From positions 73,800 through 137,799 of the forward strand of contig ADNK01001890.1 of the NCBI GenBank assembly GCA_000320545.1: 64,000 nt of DNA, read 5' to 3'. Of the stretch, positions 1 through 13,700 are shown in pieces. The stretch comes from Bigelowiella natans CCMP2755 (lineage: Eukaryota; Protista; Cercozoa). The notes beneath the pieces were generated by a model, which saw only the letters and a list, made by a program, of their open reading frames with translations, had not been told where the DNA came from and made no database searches. Position 1 is the stretch's first letter. Every line of letters begins with the position of its first letter. A program made the position numbers and the translations under genes.

Positions 1-691
1 ATTTGGATCATATACCGAGAAGGAAATCGCCTAAAATGTCCTTGACTTTTCCCTTTTTGGTTCTTTTTTGAAATGTGAGTTTTGAAATCGTAGAAAGTAG
101 ATCTGGAGTCGCAAAGAGAATCAAACGCTTTGGTATCTCTCCAGCACCACACAACTCCCTACAAACGTGGTCCTACGGTCCAGTCGAAAGATACGACTTG
201 TATTTGGATAGACGGACCAAATTAGGTAAATATACCTTGCAACATCTAAGTTGCATACACTCCTAGATGGTAACACATGCACATTCTATAAGAGCACTGG
301 ATCACCAAGCAAAACCAATATTTATAGATGTTCCATGGTGAACAGGACAAACAAAAAGGATGGGTTCATTCATTCTAGTTTGTTAGTCATTCTAGTCGCA
401 TTCTTTTGACTGGATTCTTTTTGCCTATACTTGAGTAAACGTAGCAATATTTACCCGACACACACACAAGAGAAGAAAATACTTGACTCGCTACCATTGT
501 TGTTACTGTTGTTGTGTTTTTGGATTAACAATGTTCTCTTATTCTGTATTATTCTTGGAGTCCATCCTGCCAATGTTTACAACACTTGGCGGCTGCTCTC
601 CTGGCTAATTTCCCGCGCCGAAAGCGCTTTGGCCCCCCTCCTTCTTTTGCTATTTTAGCGGGGTACAACCACGACTACGCATTACATATAG

Positions 692-3600
692 ATGCAATCT
701 AACCCCCCCCCACCATACGAGGGGGGGGAATGTATCGGGTCACATTTAAATGGCATTGGGATAGCTCATGCGGGTGATCCGGTTATTAGCCAGCAAATGC
801 CTCGGCCCGCCACTCGAATGAGCTCACGGGTGGACGAGAAGGTTAACATAAAGTCGATGAATCAGCGAAAAAAGAATGGTTTTGGTCTTTATGGTATGGT
901 GAGTTGGTTCTTGGCATCTTCGAAGAAAGGAAACCGGTTGGGCCGCTTAAGGAACAAGGTTGATAAGGAGGCGAAGAGATACGACTCTAAGACCAAGACC
1001 TTTCTAGGGACGACTGGGGAAGAAATGGTAAGCGAAAAAGACCATGTTCTTAGCACCAACGCGAATATGAAGCGAAGAGCTAGGAGTAGAACGAGGGGTG
1101 TGACCAGAAGACGAAGAGCGGACAGCAGTGACATGCAAACGCACAACGACGAGTTAGAAGGAAAGCTCTTGGAGTACGAATATACATTAGGAGATGATAT
1201 GGAATTGGATGACGGTAGCATTGATGTAAAGGTGGGGAGTTCCGAAGAAGACCCGTTATCAATTAGCAATGTAATAGATGAATTCGAGGTGTCCTACCTA
1301 ACCGAGAAGAAAGAAATAACAGATAAACATCGAAAGACCCTGGAGGAAATGAAAGGCGAACTTGAGTCTCTCAACGCAAAATTTCATTCCAAAAGTGTCG
1401 CACTTGATAAGATAGTTAAGGAAGCAGCGCATAAACTGACCGATGGCAACCAGACGGTGAGTATTTGAGAAATGAACACGAATCAAGATGAGTCTTGAGC
1501 TAATGTTTTCCCTCAGAATAAGGACGAAAAAGAGAAACTTCCAGTATCTCAGGGAGACTTAAAGTAATAAAATACTGAAAATGACTAAATTCTATGCGGT
1601 ACTGTAATGTTGAATTGTCCACAGACTTGAATTAAGTTCACCTGGAAGCAAAACTGGAGGTCACGATACTTCATCTCTTAAGGTGGATCTCAAGGAGACA
1701 GCAAAAGAACTTAAGCGAAGTGTTGGAGATATACATAAAAAGTATCGCCAAGCAGCTACTGCAACGGCTGCCTTTTCCCTTGCAACAAGTGAAAGGTTAG
1801 TTTCAGAGGAAGATAGAGACAATTATAGAATTCCTTTTGGAAAGAAGAATGACCTTGAAAAACGTGTCGCAGAGCTTGAGTCTGAGAAGTCAAGATTAGA
1901 ATGTGAACTCAAATCCTTTAAGTTATCGAAAAATGTTTCCTCTTCTCTCAAGAAGATGAAAGACGAGCTTATTCTGGCCAAGAACCTGCAAACCATGCAT
2001 GGCGATATTGAAAGATCTTTGAGGGATGAACTTGCGAAGCTCAAGGAAAACGACAAGGGAGGACTTGTTGAGTTGTTGATGCAAGAAAAGGAAAGTATGG
2101 AAAACATGTTAGATTCTTTGACGAGCGAATGGGAGACAGAGCGCACAATGCTCGAACGGTCGCAAATTTTGCTAGAACAGAAACACGCTGATTCAATTCG
2201 CCAAATTGAGGAGAAACACCAAAAGGAGAAAGAAACCATCGTGGTGAAACTTAAATCCTCTATTATAGAAAAGAATGCACTGGAAAAGAAATGTTCAATT
2301 ATGCAGAAAATGTCAGAATTCCCTAAAAGCAAGGGGGATGAAACTGGAGGTACTGATCTAGGAGCAGATCCTCGTGTTTTGCTCCTTGAATCAGAGGCCC
2401 AGCTTAAAAAAGTAAGCATAGAAAATGCAAATCTACGCTCTCAAGTTTCCCAATTGAATGATTCGCGGCGGCAAATGGCAGCAGCTGAGGCAGCCACCAG
2501 AGCTAAGCTTGAACAGTCCTATGCAGAAGACTTTAGGCGAATTCAAGATGAAAGGGTATTGTCGAACAATAAGATGAGCGTAATTTTTATCATCATTATC
2601 ATCATCATCATAGCCTTAGCAAGCACTACAATACCCACATATAATGCCCGAGGACAAATTATCCTGTCATCCATTGCTTCTGATTCTTTCCTGTCATCAT
2701 CGAATAGGCAAGGGAAAGCCGAAGACAGGAACGAAATCTGATTCAAGTCAGGGTGGAATACGAAAAGCGTTTATTAGCAATCGCTGGAGAAAGCGCGGAA
2801 GCATATAAAGAGGAAATGAAGGCTGTGAAAGATGGCGATGAACAGCGCCTTCTGCAGCTTCTTGCCGATGAAAAGGAGAACTTGCAACAAAGACTGCAGC
2901 ATATTCACACATCTCACTCCGAAGACCGGAAAAATTGGGAAAACGAGATAGAGATGGCGGATAAGACTGCAAAGATAAGTATTGCCAAATCTCAGGTCCG
3001 TGTATAGTTATCTTTCAATTATTCTTGATAATGCAGGAGTTCCTGCCTGGATGTTGTTATTATTGTATCTGTTTGTTGTGATTAACTTTTGTCTGATATA
3101 TGGATCCAGTGTCAGAAGACAGAAGAAGAAGAAGATCTCGTTTGTGCCATTGCTGCATGCAGCTTGATTATATTTTCTTCCCCCCCAAAAATATTGATGC
3201 AGGTTGTTGGTAAAAGACTGAGAGAGGCATCCGAGAAAAAGGTTCGTGCTGAATTGGAAGTCAAATTCGGCCTTGAACGCCGAAGAATCATAGAGTCTCA
3301 CCAAAATAATGAAGACCTATTCAGGAGAAAACTTGAACGTCATGTTGGTTTGCAGCAAAAAATAGAAAGTTCGGGAACTTTGAAACCAGAGATATCGCTC
3401 AGAAGTAATATAGATAAGACATTGTCCTCAGCAGAGGAAAAAGATTCTGCGAAAACAGCTGCAATATACAATAATATTGGCCAAGTTGAATCCGAAAAAG
3501 AACAGATAATGCATCGACGGCCCAAAAAACAACCGAACATTGAGAAGACTAAGACCGCTTCAAATCCCAGTACCTTCTGTGAGAGCAGAGAAGAACAGAG

Positions 3601-6600
3601 GAGGCAGTCTCCCAGGAAGAATGTACGCTCATATGAGGTGATGCAACTTGAGTTCGCAAAGGAACGTCACAAAATGCAACAGGACCATCAGAAAGAGCTA
3701 GAAGAAGTCGTCAGTGCGGAAAGAGAACGTGCCGAGGCTGAAATTCAACGCTTGCAATCTCTATTAAAATCTGATTCTTCCCAATCAAGTCGCGCTTTGC
3801 AGCAGAAACTTGTGTTGGGAGAGGAACTAAACGAGTCAGGAATCATACATCTGCTCACTGCTGAGAAGGCGAAGAATGAACAACTTGCAAGAATGCTTAG
3901 CAATCAAGAGAAAAGGCATCGAGTTGAGATGGAATCATTGCTGGTGATGGATGATGGCATATACAAACAAAAAATAATACACAGCACGTCTAAATCATTT
4001 CATTGACTTTTAAACATTTTAGTTCGATGCTGACTAACAACTAAATTTTGACAGATCGTAGAAAAAAAGAAAAGAGAAGCTTCTGTAGCGGCGGAACGTG
4101 CAGGATTTGAGTTACAGTTTAAAACGAAATTACGTAAGATGCATCAAGTTCAGCAGCGCGAAGAGAAAGACCGAGAGCAAGCTCTTCCTCTTCTCTCTCC
4201 CAATACCGGTATGAAAGAGGAGAAAAGTTCTTCCCATGGAGCGCCTAGAGGATATTCATCGAATATATCTCCCTTACCTCACGAGGGACGGACTAAACAA
4301 TTGGAAAATGTGTTGCCTACGATGTTGCAGCAGCGAACAAATGATGCTACTCGTAGTCGTGGTAATCCCAGTAGTCTCAGTAGGCAAGATGTGGAGATTG
4401 AAGTCGCACGAGAGCGTAATAAAATGGCGAAAAAGCATGCGAGGGATCTAAATGAGATAATACAAGCTGAAAGACGCCGCTCTGAGGAGAGGCTGCAACG
4501 CACGCGCGAATTAGTATCGTTAGTAGCAGGGGAAAACTGTCGTGCCTTGACAGAAAAGCTTGATTCGGGAGATATTAAGGAATCAGAACTAGCTCAGTTA
4601 TTGGTCGCGGAGACCGTTAAGAATAAACAGCTAAGTAACCTCTTAAATACTGAAGCAGCACAGCGTGTATCTGACCAAAAACGAATTGAAACAGTATCAA
4701 TGAAAGTTGCGGCGGCTTCGGCTGCTATAAGCAATGCGGAACTTGAAGTTGGATGGAAATTGGAGCGGAGGCGGATGATCAAATCTCATAGAAATGAGAT
4801 TGATAAATTGCAGCATCAAATCCAGGCACTGATCGACTCCACTTCCAAAGCCAACAGCGAAATAGAACACCATGAGAATGACGAAACCAGACCGGCGTTA
4901 TTGAAAGATGAAAAGGATCAACTTCCATCGAAGAACGAGGCTATTCTCAAGGCGCAACTAGAAGCGCTCCGTGCAGATCTTGAACTTAAGTATGCAAATG
5001 AACGCTTTTCGATGCAACAAATCCACGAAAAGGAGTTGCAAGATTGTATTGATGCTGAGAAAGAAAGTGCTGAAGAGCGATTGGAGCGCATGCGATCATA
5101 TCTAGAATCCGAAGCTTCTCAAACGAGTAGGAATTTACACGAGAAGCTGCTTATGCAAGGGGTCAAGGAGGTCAAAGATTCAGATCTTGTTCAGTTATTA
5201 GGAGCTGAGAAAGCAAAAAACGCCCAACTTGTAAGAATGTTAGAGAAAGAATCAGCACGACAGCGATATCTTGAACATGCGCTCAAGAGACAGAAAGCTT
5301 TTCACGATAAAGCCTTGGCCCAGCAAAAAACATATTATAAGGAAACTTTAACTAAATATCAAAAGGTCCAAAGGGAAAACCTCATATCTAAAGTTGAGAA
5401 GGATTTGACGAAGGTGTTAGCAGAAGGAGGGGAGCTAGTAGAGGGTCGGAAAATGCGAGACGGAGGAGGGGCAAGTACTACTACTACTACTACTGCTACA
5501 CCTACTAGTGGTAATACCATCATTGAGAATGTAGATAGCAAGAAGAAAACGCTGCCTGACTACAAAGAACCCTCAATCGCGCACCAACACGATAGTGCTG
5601 CTGCCTACCCTTCAACACTCAAATTCATCGATACAGAGAGTCACGGGGAGGGTTATCACAAAATAAAAGCTAAATTATGTGAAATTTTGGAGGAGTATCG
5701 AAGCAGCAGCATCAAGGATGGTGAAATAATAGACGATGATAACACCAATGATATTACAATTTCGGGAACATCTAATTCAACGCTCCCCGTATCAGATCAC
5801 GCATTAGACTTTGAGCTAAAAGCAGAAGAGGAAACAAAAGTAGAGAAAGGAGTAAATAGGACGGCGAAGGAGCGGACTGAGCAGATTGAGATCATGTATC
5901 AACAGCGAATTAATGAGTTGGAAAAGCAACTCCACGAAAAGACTGTAAATAATGTCGCACTGCTATCCAAACGGGTTTCCGAAAATCAATCGACGAGCCA
6001 AAATGAGGAGGCAGAGCCACTCCAACAGCTGATATCCGCCATGAAGTTGCAGCATGAATTGGAAATTAAAGTAGTTCATATTGAAGATTATAGTAGAGAC
6101 ATTATTACGATATGAGGGTCTCAATTATCACGATTGTGAAGATGATGACAATGATAATGATAATGATAAAATTAATGTTAGTGTAATTCCCCCCCCCCAT
6201 CTATTATAACTTTTGCTGCTACATCTTTTGTCGTTGTTATGATGATACTTGATGATGCTCAATTCCCATTACGCTTCATTAATATCTTACCGTTTTCCCC
6301 TATAATGACCAGAGTATCATAATACTGATATTAGTATACAATCTTCAGGAATTACAATCACGAATAAATAAGTCAAATAAGACTTCGGCATTGAAACGAC
6401 ATGAGCGATTGATTCAAGAGCAGCAGCGCCAGAAACAGCATGATGTAAGAATAAAAGAATTAATAGCTACACAAATGAAAACTGATGCTGCGTATTGGGA
6501 GAGCGAAAAGGAGGAGATGGAGAAATCGCACGCTCTGGAGGTTCTAAATTGGCGAAGACTGGTCGAGGAGGCAAGAGCAGAAAGAGATGACAGCATCGAG

Positions 6601-7744
6601 AGAGCTCATGCTCTTGCCAATGACCAAATACGGAAGGAGCTAGATTCAGCCAACAGCGGCGATAAGAAGGAGCTTCTTGAGCTGCTGAGCAAGGAGAAGG
6701 CAAGCATGAGGCAACAATTTGCAACCATGCAACGAACTCATTTGCTCGAGAAGGCGATTCTTGAAAAGCAAGTCGTCAATCTCCGAGAGAATGCCCGTGC
6801 AGAGGCGAACAGGGCCGTCGCAGTAGCTATTAAGTCAGAAAAAGCGAATGGGCTTCAACTTCTTGCCGAGCACGAAGCCAAGTGGTGCGAGGAGAAGATC
6901 GCTATGCGGAAGAGTCACACGGAAGATGCTAGAAAGCATCAAGAAGAACTAGAAGAAGCCAAGCGCCGGGATGAAGCAGGGGTGCTAGCCCAGAATCGGC
7001 GCCTGGAAGAGGCGATGTCTGCTGCAGGAAGCGCCAACGAGAAGCGTTTGCTTGGCATAATTGAGAAGGAGAGATCCCAAGCGCGAACGATAGAACTCGA
7101 ACTGGTAGAGAGGAATCGTGAGCAGAGAGAATGGTGGCAGAAGCGAGCAAGTGATCTTGAAGGTGAGATAAAAGCTCAGCAAGCACATCACAAGAATACC
7201 ATGGAACGGGTGCAAAATGCGCACAAATTGATGTTGGAATCCGAATACGAGAGCAAATTACAGGATGAGAGGCGCAAGATGCGCATCAGTTATGAGCGTC
7301 AACTCGAAGTTCTGCGCGACCGTCGAGTAGTAGCAGAAGCAGCAACAGGTTCTCCTGATTCTGGTGAGATCACCGGAGCAGGAGGAGCAGTAAGCATTGG
7401 CAGGTTAGCAGCAGACCCCGCTGCCTCCACCACTGCTGCTACTTCCTCGTCATCACCACCCTCAGCGGGAGAGGCGGGAGAAGCGGAAGCAAAGAAGAAA
7501 CATGATGCTAGACAGGAGAGCAGCGAGGAGCTAAGGCGAAAGGCGGCTTCTGCCGCTGTCCTCTCTGAATCACTGAGGCGGGAGAACTCGGAGTTGAAAA
7601 GTGAGTTAGAAACGTTGAGGGAGGATTGGCGTGCCCAGCAATCCTCCAAGGATTCGCTGGCTAAAAAGCTATATATGGCTGAGAAGTCAATCAGCCTCCT
7701 CACTGCTGCCACTGGGGCTGGTGGCAATACCGCTGCTGCTTCCA

Positions 7745-7782
<38 letters not shown>

Positions 7783-9119
7783 AAGAGCAGTGGTGGATAC
7801 ACAACGGCAGCAGCAGCAGCGGCGGTGGCGACGACGGCAGCTCCATGGATACACGAGCGGCGGAAACTGGAGCAGCAGCACAGAGACCAGATGATAAAAC
7901 TGGAACGGAAGTTGAAAAGCAATGCTGAGGAGCACATCTCGGTACTACAGAAGCAGCTGGCAGAGGCAGCTCGGCGTCACCAGAGGCAACTGCAAGTTGC
8001 CACTCAAGGAGACGAGAAGAAAGTAGGGGAAGTGTTGCAGGAGGCAGAATCAAATTTACAGAAACGCATAGCTTCTTTGGAAGAACTACATGCCAGGGAG
8101 ATGGAAGAGGTGAAGGAAAGAGCGGCACGCATGCTGACCGAGGTCCAACGTACCTCAACAGATGCGTCTCTGGCTTCTAACCGCGCCCACGAGGCTACTT
8201 TGTCCAAGTTGCATGCCGAGGCGGAGATAAAATGGGCTATTGAGCGGCAGAATCTTGTGGAGAAGCACAATGTAGAGCTTTCGAGATTGCGCAAGAGCAT
8301 GATGAGGGCTAAGGATGAGAAGGCGGATGAGAAGCTAGGATCAAGGCATGCCGAGATAGAGAGAGCATTGAATGCGCAGGTGGAGGCGGCCGAGGACAAA
8401 GACGAGAGGCGTCTCAAAGAGTTGTTGCGAGAAGAGAAGATGAAGTCATTGCAGCGCGAGAGGGATGCCGAGGATCGTATGCGTTTGGAGAGTGCGCGTT
8501 GGCAGAAGAGACTCTTGGCTACGGAACAACGTCTTCGCGCAGAGCAGGAGGAGGCTCTCGCTGCCTCGGAGCGGTTGAGGGTGGCATCAGAGAAGGAGTT
8601 GAAGGCCAAAGCAGATGCACGTTTGGCAGCGGAGCGCAAGCGGCTCGATGCCGAGCATCAGGAAAGACTACACCAGATGAGCACGCTTGTAGCCGCAGCA
8701 TCACAGGAATCAAGGAGGAGGAGGAGGAGGAGGCCTGTTGGTGCTAGTTCTAGTGCTTCAGTCGTTGAAACTACTACTCCTTACACCATTTCTGCTTCTA
8801 CAACTGCCGCACCTCCTCTTGCTGCTGCTGGTGGTGGGTCGGGATCAGTTGTTGTTCCGAAGGCAGTTGGTGGTAGTGGTGGTAGTGGTGCTGTTGCTGT
8901 AAGCGCTGCGTATGAAGCTTATCAAGATTCCGCAATGATATCCACATTAAAGCTGGAGATCAAGGTAGTAATAGTTCAAGGCGACTATTTCTTCTTCTTC
9001 TTCTTCTTCTTCTTCTTCTTCTTCTTCTTCTTCTCGTTCTTCCTCCTCCTCTTGGTGTATGTATATCGCCTATCGGTGGGTAATAAAGAGAATAAGCGCA
9101 CGTGTTGTAATTGTGTGTG

Positions 9120-9151
<32 letters not shown>

Positions 9152-10748
9152 GATAGTGGGGTATCAGTCATAATTAAATAATCGTGTGCGTAAGATAAAG
9201 AGGAAAGGGATCATCATCACCCAATCACCACCACCATCAGCAGCATCATCAGTATCATCAGTATTATCAGTATCATCAGTATCATCATCATCATCATGAT
9301 CATCATCTACATTGGTTGGTTTCCGTCAAGTGCTAAATTATCTTGTTAATCACAGGCGCTGAAGTCGCAGCTGAATAAGAAGAACGAGGATATGCACCGA
9401 GGAGCACAGAAGGAGCTGATGGATGCTGAGAGGGAACAGATAAGCAAAAGACTGGAGATAATAAATGAGAATTCAGCACAAGTTACCAAGGAGTCAATTT
9501 GGGAGAGCGAAAAGGAGGAGATGGAGAAATCGCACGCTCTGGAGGTTCTAAATTGGCGAAGACTGGTCGAGGAGGCAAGAGCAGAAAGAGATGACAGCAT
9601 CGAGAGAGCTCATGCTCTTGCCAATGACCAAATACGGAAGGAGCTAGATTCAGCCAACAGCGGCGATAAGAAGGAGCTTCTTGAGCTGCTGAGCAAGGAG
9701 AAGGCAAGCATGAGGCAACAATTTGCAACCATGCAACGAACTCATTTGCTCGAGAAGGCGATTCTTGAAAAGCAAGTCGTCAATCTCCGAGAGAATGCCC
9801 GTGCAGAGGCGAACAGGGCCGTCGCAGTAGCTATTAAGTCAGAAAAAGCGAATGGGCTTCAACTTCTTGCCGAGCACGAAGCCAAGTGGTGCGAGGAGAA
9901 GATCGCTATGCGGAAGAGTCACACGGAAGATGCTAGAAAGCATCAAGAAGAACTAGAAGAAGCCAAGCGCCGGGATGAAGCAGGGGTGCTAGCCCAGAAT
10001 CGGCGCCTGGAAGAGGCGATGTCTGCTGCAGGAAGCGCCAACGAGAAGCGTTTGCTTGGCATAATTGAGAAGGAGAGATCCCAAGCGCGAACGATAGAAC
10101 TCGAACTGGTAGAGAGGAATCGTGAGCAGAGAGAATGGTGGCAGAAGCGAGCAAGTGATCTTGAAGGTGAGATAAAAGCTCAGCAAGCACATCACAAGAA
10201 TACCATGGAACGGGTGCAAAATGCGCACAAATTGATGTTGGAATCCGAATACGAGAGCAAATTACAGGATGAGAGGCGCAAGATGCGCATCAGTTATGAG
10301 CGTCAACTCGAAGTTCTGCGCGACCGTCGAGTAGTAGCAGAAGCAGCAACAGGTTCTCCTGATTCTGGTGAGATCACCGGAGCAGGAGGAGCAGTAAGCA
10401 TTGGCAGGTTAGCAGCAGACCCCGCTGCCTCCACCACTGCTGCTACTTCCTCGTCATCACCACCCTCAGCGGGAGAGGCGGGAGAAGCGGAAGCAAAGAA
10501 GAAACATGATGCTAGACAGGAGAGCAGCGAGGAGCTAAGGCGAAAGGCGGCTTCTGCCGCTGTCCTCTCTGAATCACTGAGGCGGGAGAACTCGGAGTTG
10601 AAAAGTGAGTTAGAAACGTTGAGGGAGGATTGGCGTGCCCAGCAATCCTCCAAGGATTCGCTGGCTAAAAAGCTATATATGGCTGAGAAGTCAATCAGCC
10701 TCCTCACTGCTGCCACTGGGGCTGGTGGCAATACCGCTGCTGCTTCCA

Positions 10749-10786
<38 letters not shown>

Positions 10787-13700
10787 AAGAGCAGTGGTGG
10801 ATACACAACGGCAGCAGCAGCAGCGGCGGTGGCGACGACGGCAGCTCCATGGATACACGAGCGGCGGAAACTGGAGCAGCAGCACAGAGACCAGATGATA
10901 AAACTGGAACGGAAGTTGAAAAGCAATGCTGAGGAGCACATCTCGGTACTACAGAAGCAGCTGGCAGAGGCAGCTCGGCGTCACCAGAGGCAACTGCAAG
11001 TTGCCACTCAAGGAGACGAGAAGAAAGTAGGGGAAGTGTTGCAGGAGGCAGAATCAAATTTACAGAAACGCATAGCTTCTTTGGAAGAACTACATGCCAG
11101 GGAGATGGAAGAGGTGAAGGAAAGAGCGGCACGCATGCTGACCGAGGTCCAACGTACCTCAACAGATGCGTCTCTGGCTTCTAACCGCGCCCACGAGGCT
11201 ACTTTGTCCAAGTTGCATGCCGAGGCGGAGATAAAATGGGCTATTGAGCGGCAGAATCTTGTGGAGAAGCACAATGTAGAGCTTTCGAGATTGCGCAAGA
11301 GCATGATGAGGGCTAAGGATGAGAAGGCGGATGAGAAGCTAGGATCAAGGCATGCCGAGATAGAGAGAGCATTGAATGCGCAGGTGGAGGCGGCCGAGGA
11401 CAAAGACGAGAGGCGTCTCAAAGAGTTGTTGCGAGAAGAGAAGATGAAGTCATTGCAGCGCGAGAGGGATGCCGAGAATCGTATGCGTTTGGAGAGTGCG
11501 CGTTGGCAGAAGAGACTCTTGGCTACGGAACAACGTCTTCGCGCAGAGCAGGAGGAGGCTCTCGCTGCCTCGGAGCGGTTGAGGGTGGCATCAGAGAAGG
11601 AGTTGAAGGCCAAAGCAGATGCACGTTTGGCAGCGGAGCGCAAGCGGCTCGATGCCGAGCATCAGGAAAGACTGTCGTTGGCAGAGGAAGAGAAAGAAAA
11701 GCCCTCAAGAAATGAAATTACAAGTATTAGGGAACAGAAGATATTTAATTCAGAAAATGGGCAAGTTAATCTTTCTTCTACAATTGAAAGGGGGAAGGAT
11801 TTAGATGGTGTTGTATTTTTACCCGGTCCTGAAATGGCGAAGGAACATGAATTTCTCAAATGTAGGATTGTGGAGCTTGAGGAGTCATTGCAAGCCCAAA
11901 CGGCCAGACATGAAATCTCGCTCTCACACCTTCAAAATACAATGGCTTTCAAGCTGAAGTTGGCAAATGACTCTCTTTCTGATGAAAAAATAAGGCTTGA
12001 ACGTCTTGGGAAAACCCACGAAAACCATCTTAATATACTAAATGGTGGCGACAAGGCAAAACTTGCTGCACAGCTAGAGATCGAGAAAAAAGTGGCTAAA
12101 GAAGAGATGGAAGAGCTTGCTGCTGCTCTTGATCAACGACAACGGCAGCTTATTAGCTTTCACAAGTTAGAGCTTGACCGTGTCCATGCTATGTATCGAA
12201 GAGAAATTGATCATGTGAAGCGTCACCGTGATACATCCCTGGAATTAATGCAAAAAAAAATAGCTAATCTTTTGAAGAAACAGCTAGCAACGGTTGTAAG
12301 GAGAGGCCATTCCACAAGAGGCAGCAATAGTGGGAACCTACAACAACCTAAACAACAGGGAGGTTGTAGTGACTTGAACTACAGAGAACTGGAAGAACTC
12401 ATTATTTCAGAAGAAAAGGCTGCTAGGGAAAGGGAGCAGCAAGTTGAAGTTGAATCAGAAAGGCTATTCGCTCGGATTACATCTCTTGAACAACAAAAAC
12501 AAGACTTGGACAATATTAGAGCTCAGCAAGAGATAGCTTTTACACAATCGAAAAAAGCCTATGAATCCAAATTGAAAGCAGCAAACGACGCAATCGCTGC
12601 AGAGAGAAGGTTTACTGAGACAATGAGGAAAAACTTCGAATCCCAAATTGATGCGATCAAAGGTAGGGATAGAGCTAAGTTGGTCGAGTTTGTTAAGATT
12701 GAGAAAGTTGGAATAGAAAAACGCATCAAAGAGATCGATGAAGCCAACACCAAAAGAACTGCATTATTAATAGAAGAACATAAGTTACAGTTGGACGAGA
12801 TCAATAACATTCATTTGAGACAACTAGCGGATATAGAGCGTGACCGGGACCAGAGAGTCGGGAGAGCACAAGAAAAGCTATCGGCTGTCCTCAAACAACA
12901 GCTTTCTGCTGCTAAGAAAGGAACGGTATTAAGTAAAGAGCAGCTCATGCATGTAATTTCTTCCCAGGAAACCATTTCAGATGACCGGAAGGATCGGGTT
13001 GAATCGCAAATATCACTGCTGAAATCACAGATTGAGTCACTTGAAAGAGAAAAGAGGGCTTCAGATCATCTACGTTCTAATCACGAATGCATTCTAAAGA
13101 AAATGAAGGAAAATATGGCTTCTAAGCTTGAAAATGTAGAGCAGGAACTTAAGTACCAGAGAGAAACTATGAGTAAGCTCAAAGCTAATCATGTTGCAGA
13201 AATCAAGGCGTTTGAGAGGGGCGATAAGACAGAGCTACTGGATCTTTTGAAGTATGAAAAGGCCACATTGGAAGAAGCTGTGAGTCGACGTGAAGAAGCA
13301 AAAGAAGGAGAAATGTTGAAACTCGTAAACCAGCATGAGATTGATATAGAAAGGATCCAAAAGGCACACAATATTGCAATGGAAGATAGTAAACGTCAGA
13401 GACTGGCTGCCCTAGCAGATGCTGATGCTTCTCACCGCAAATTACGTGGTATTCTTAAGAAACTACCAATGATCACAGGAAAGGAGAATATACAGGTTGC
13501 AAATAAGGAAGTAACAACTCAATCGTCATCTTCTCCTGATTTAAATAAGAAAGCGATAGAGGCTATTATATCAGAAGAAGAGGTACTCATTGGTCAACAA
13601 ACGAAACGTCTACGAGCAGAGAGGAAAAAATTTGAAACTTGTATATCACAGCTTAACTCCAGGATTGAGTCTCTCCAGAGCGAAAATGAAACCCTTCAGC

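Noticed and set aside
1-660. Short ORFs 75-266 and 431-658
   Set aside because: Non-ATG starts and no recognisable motifs; probably upstream non-coding sequence of the formin.
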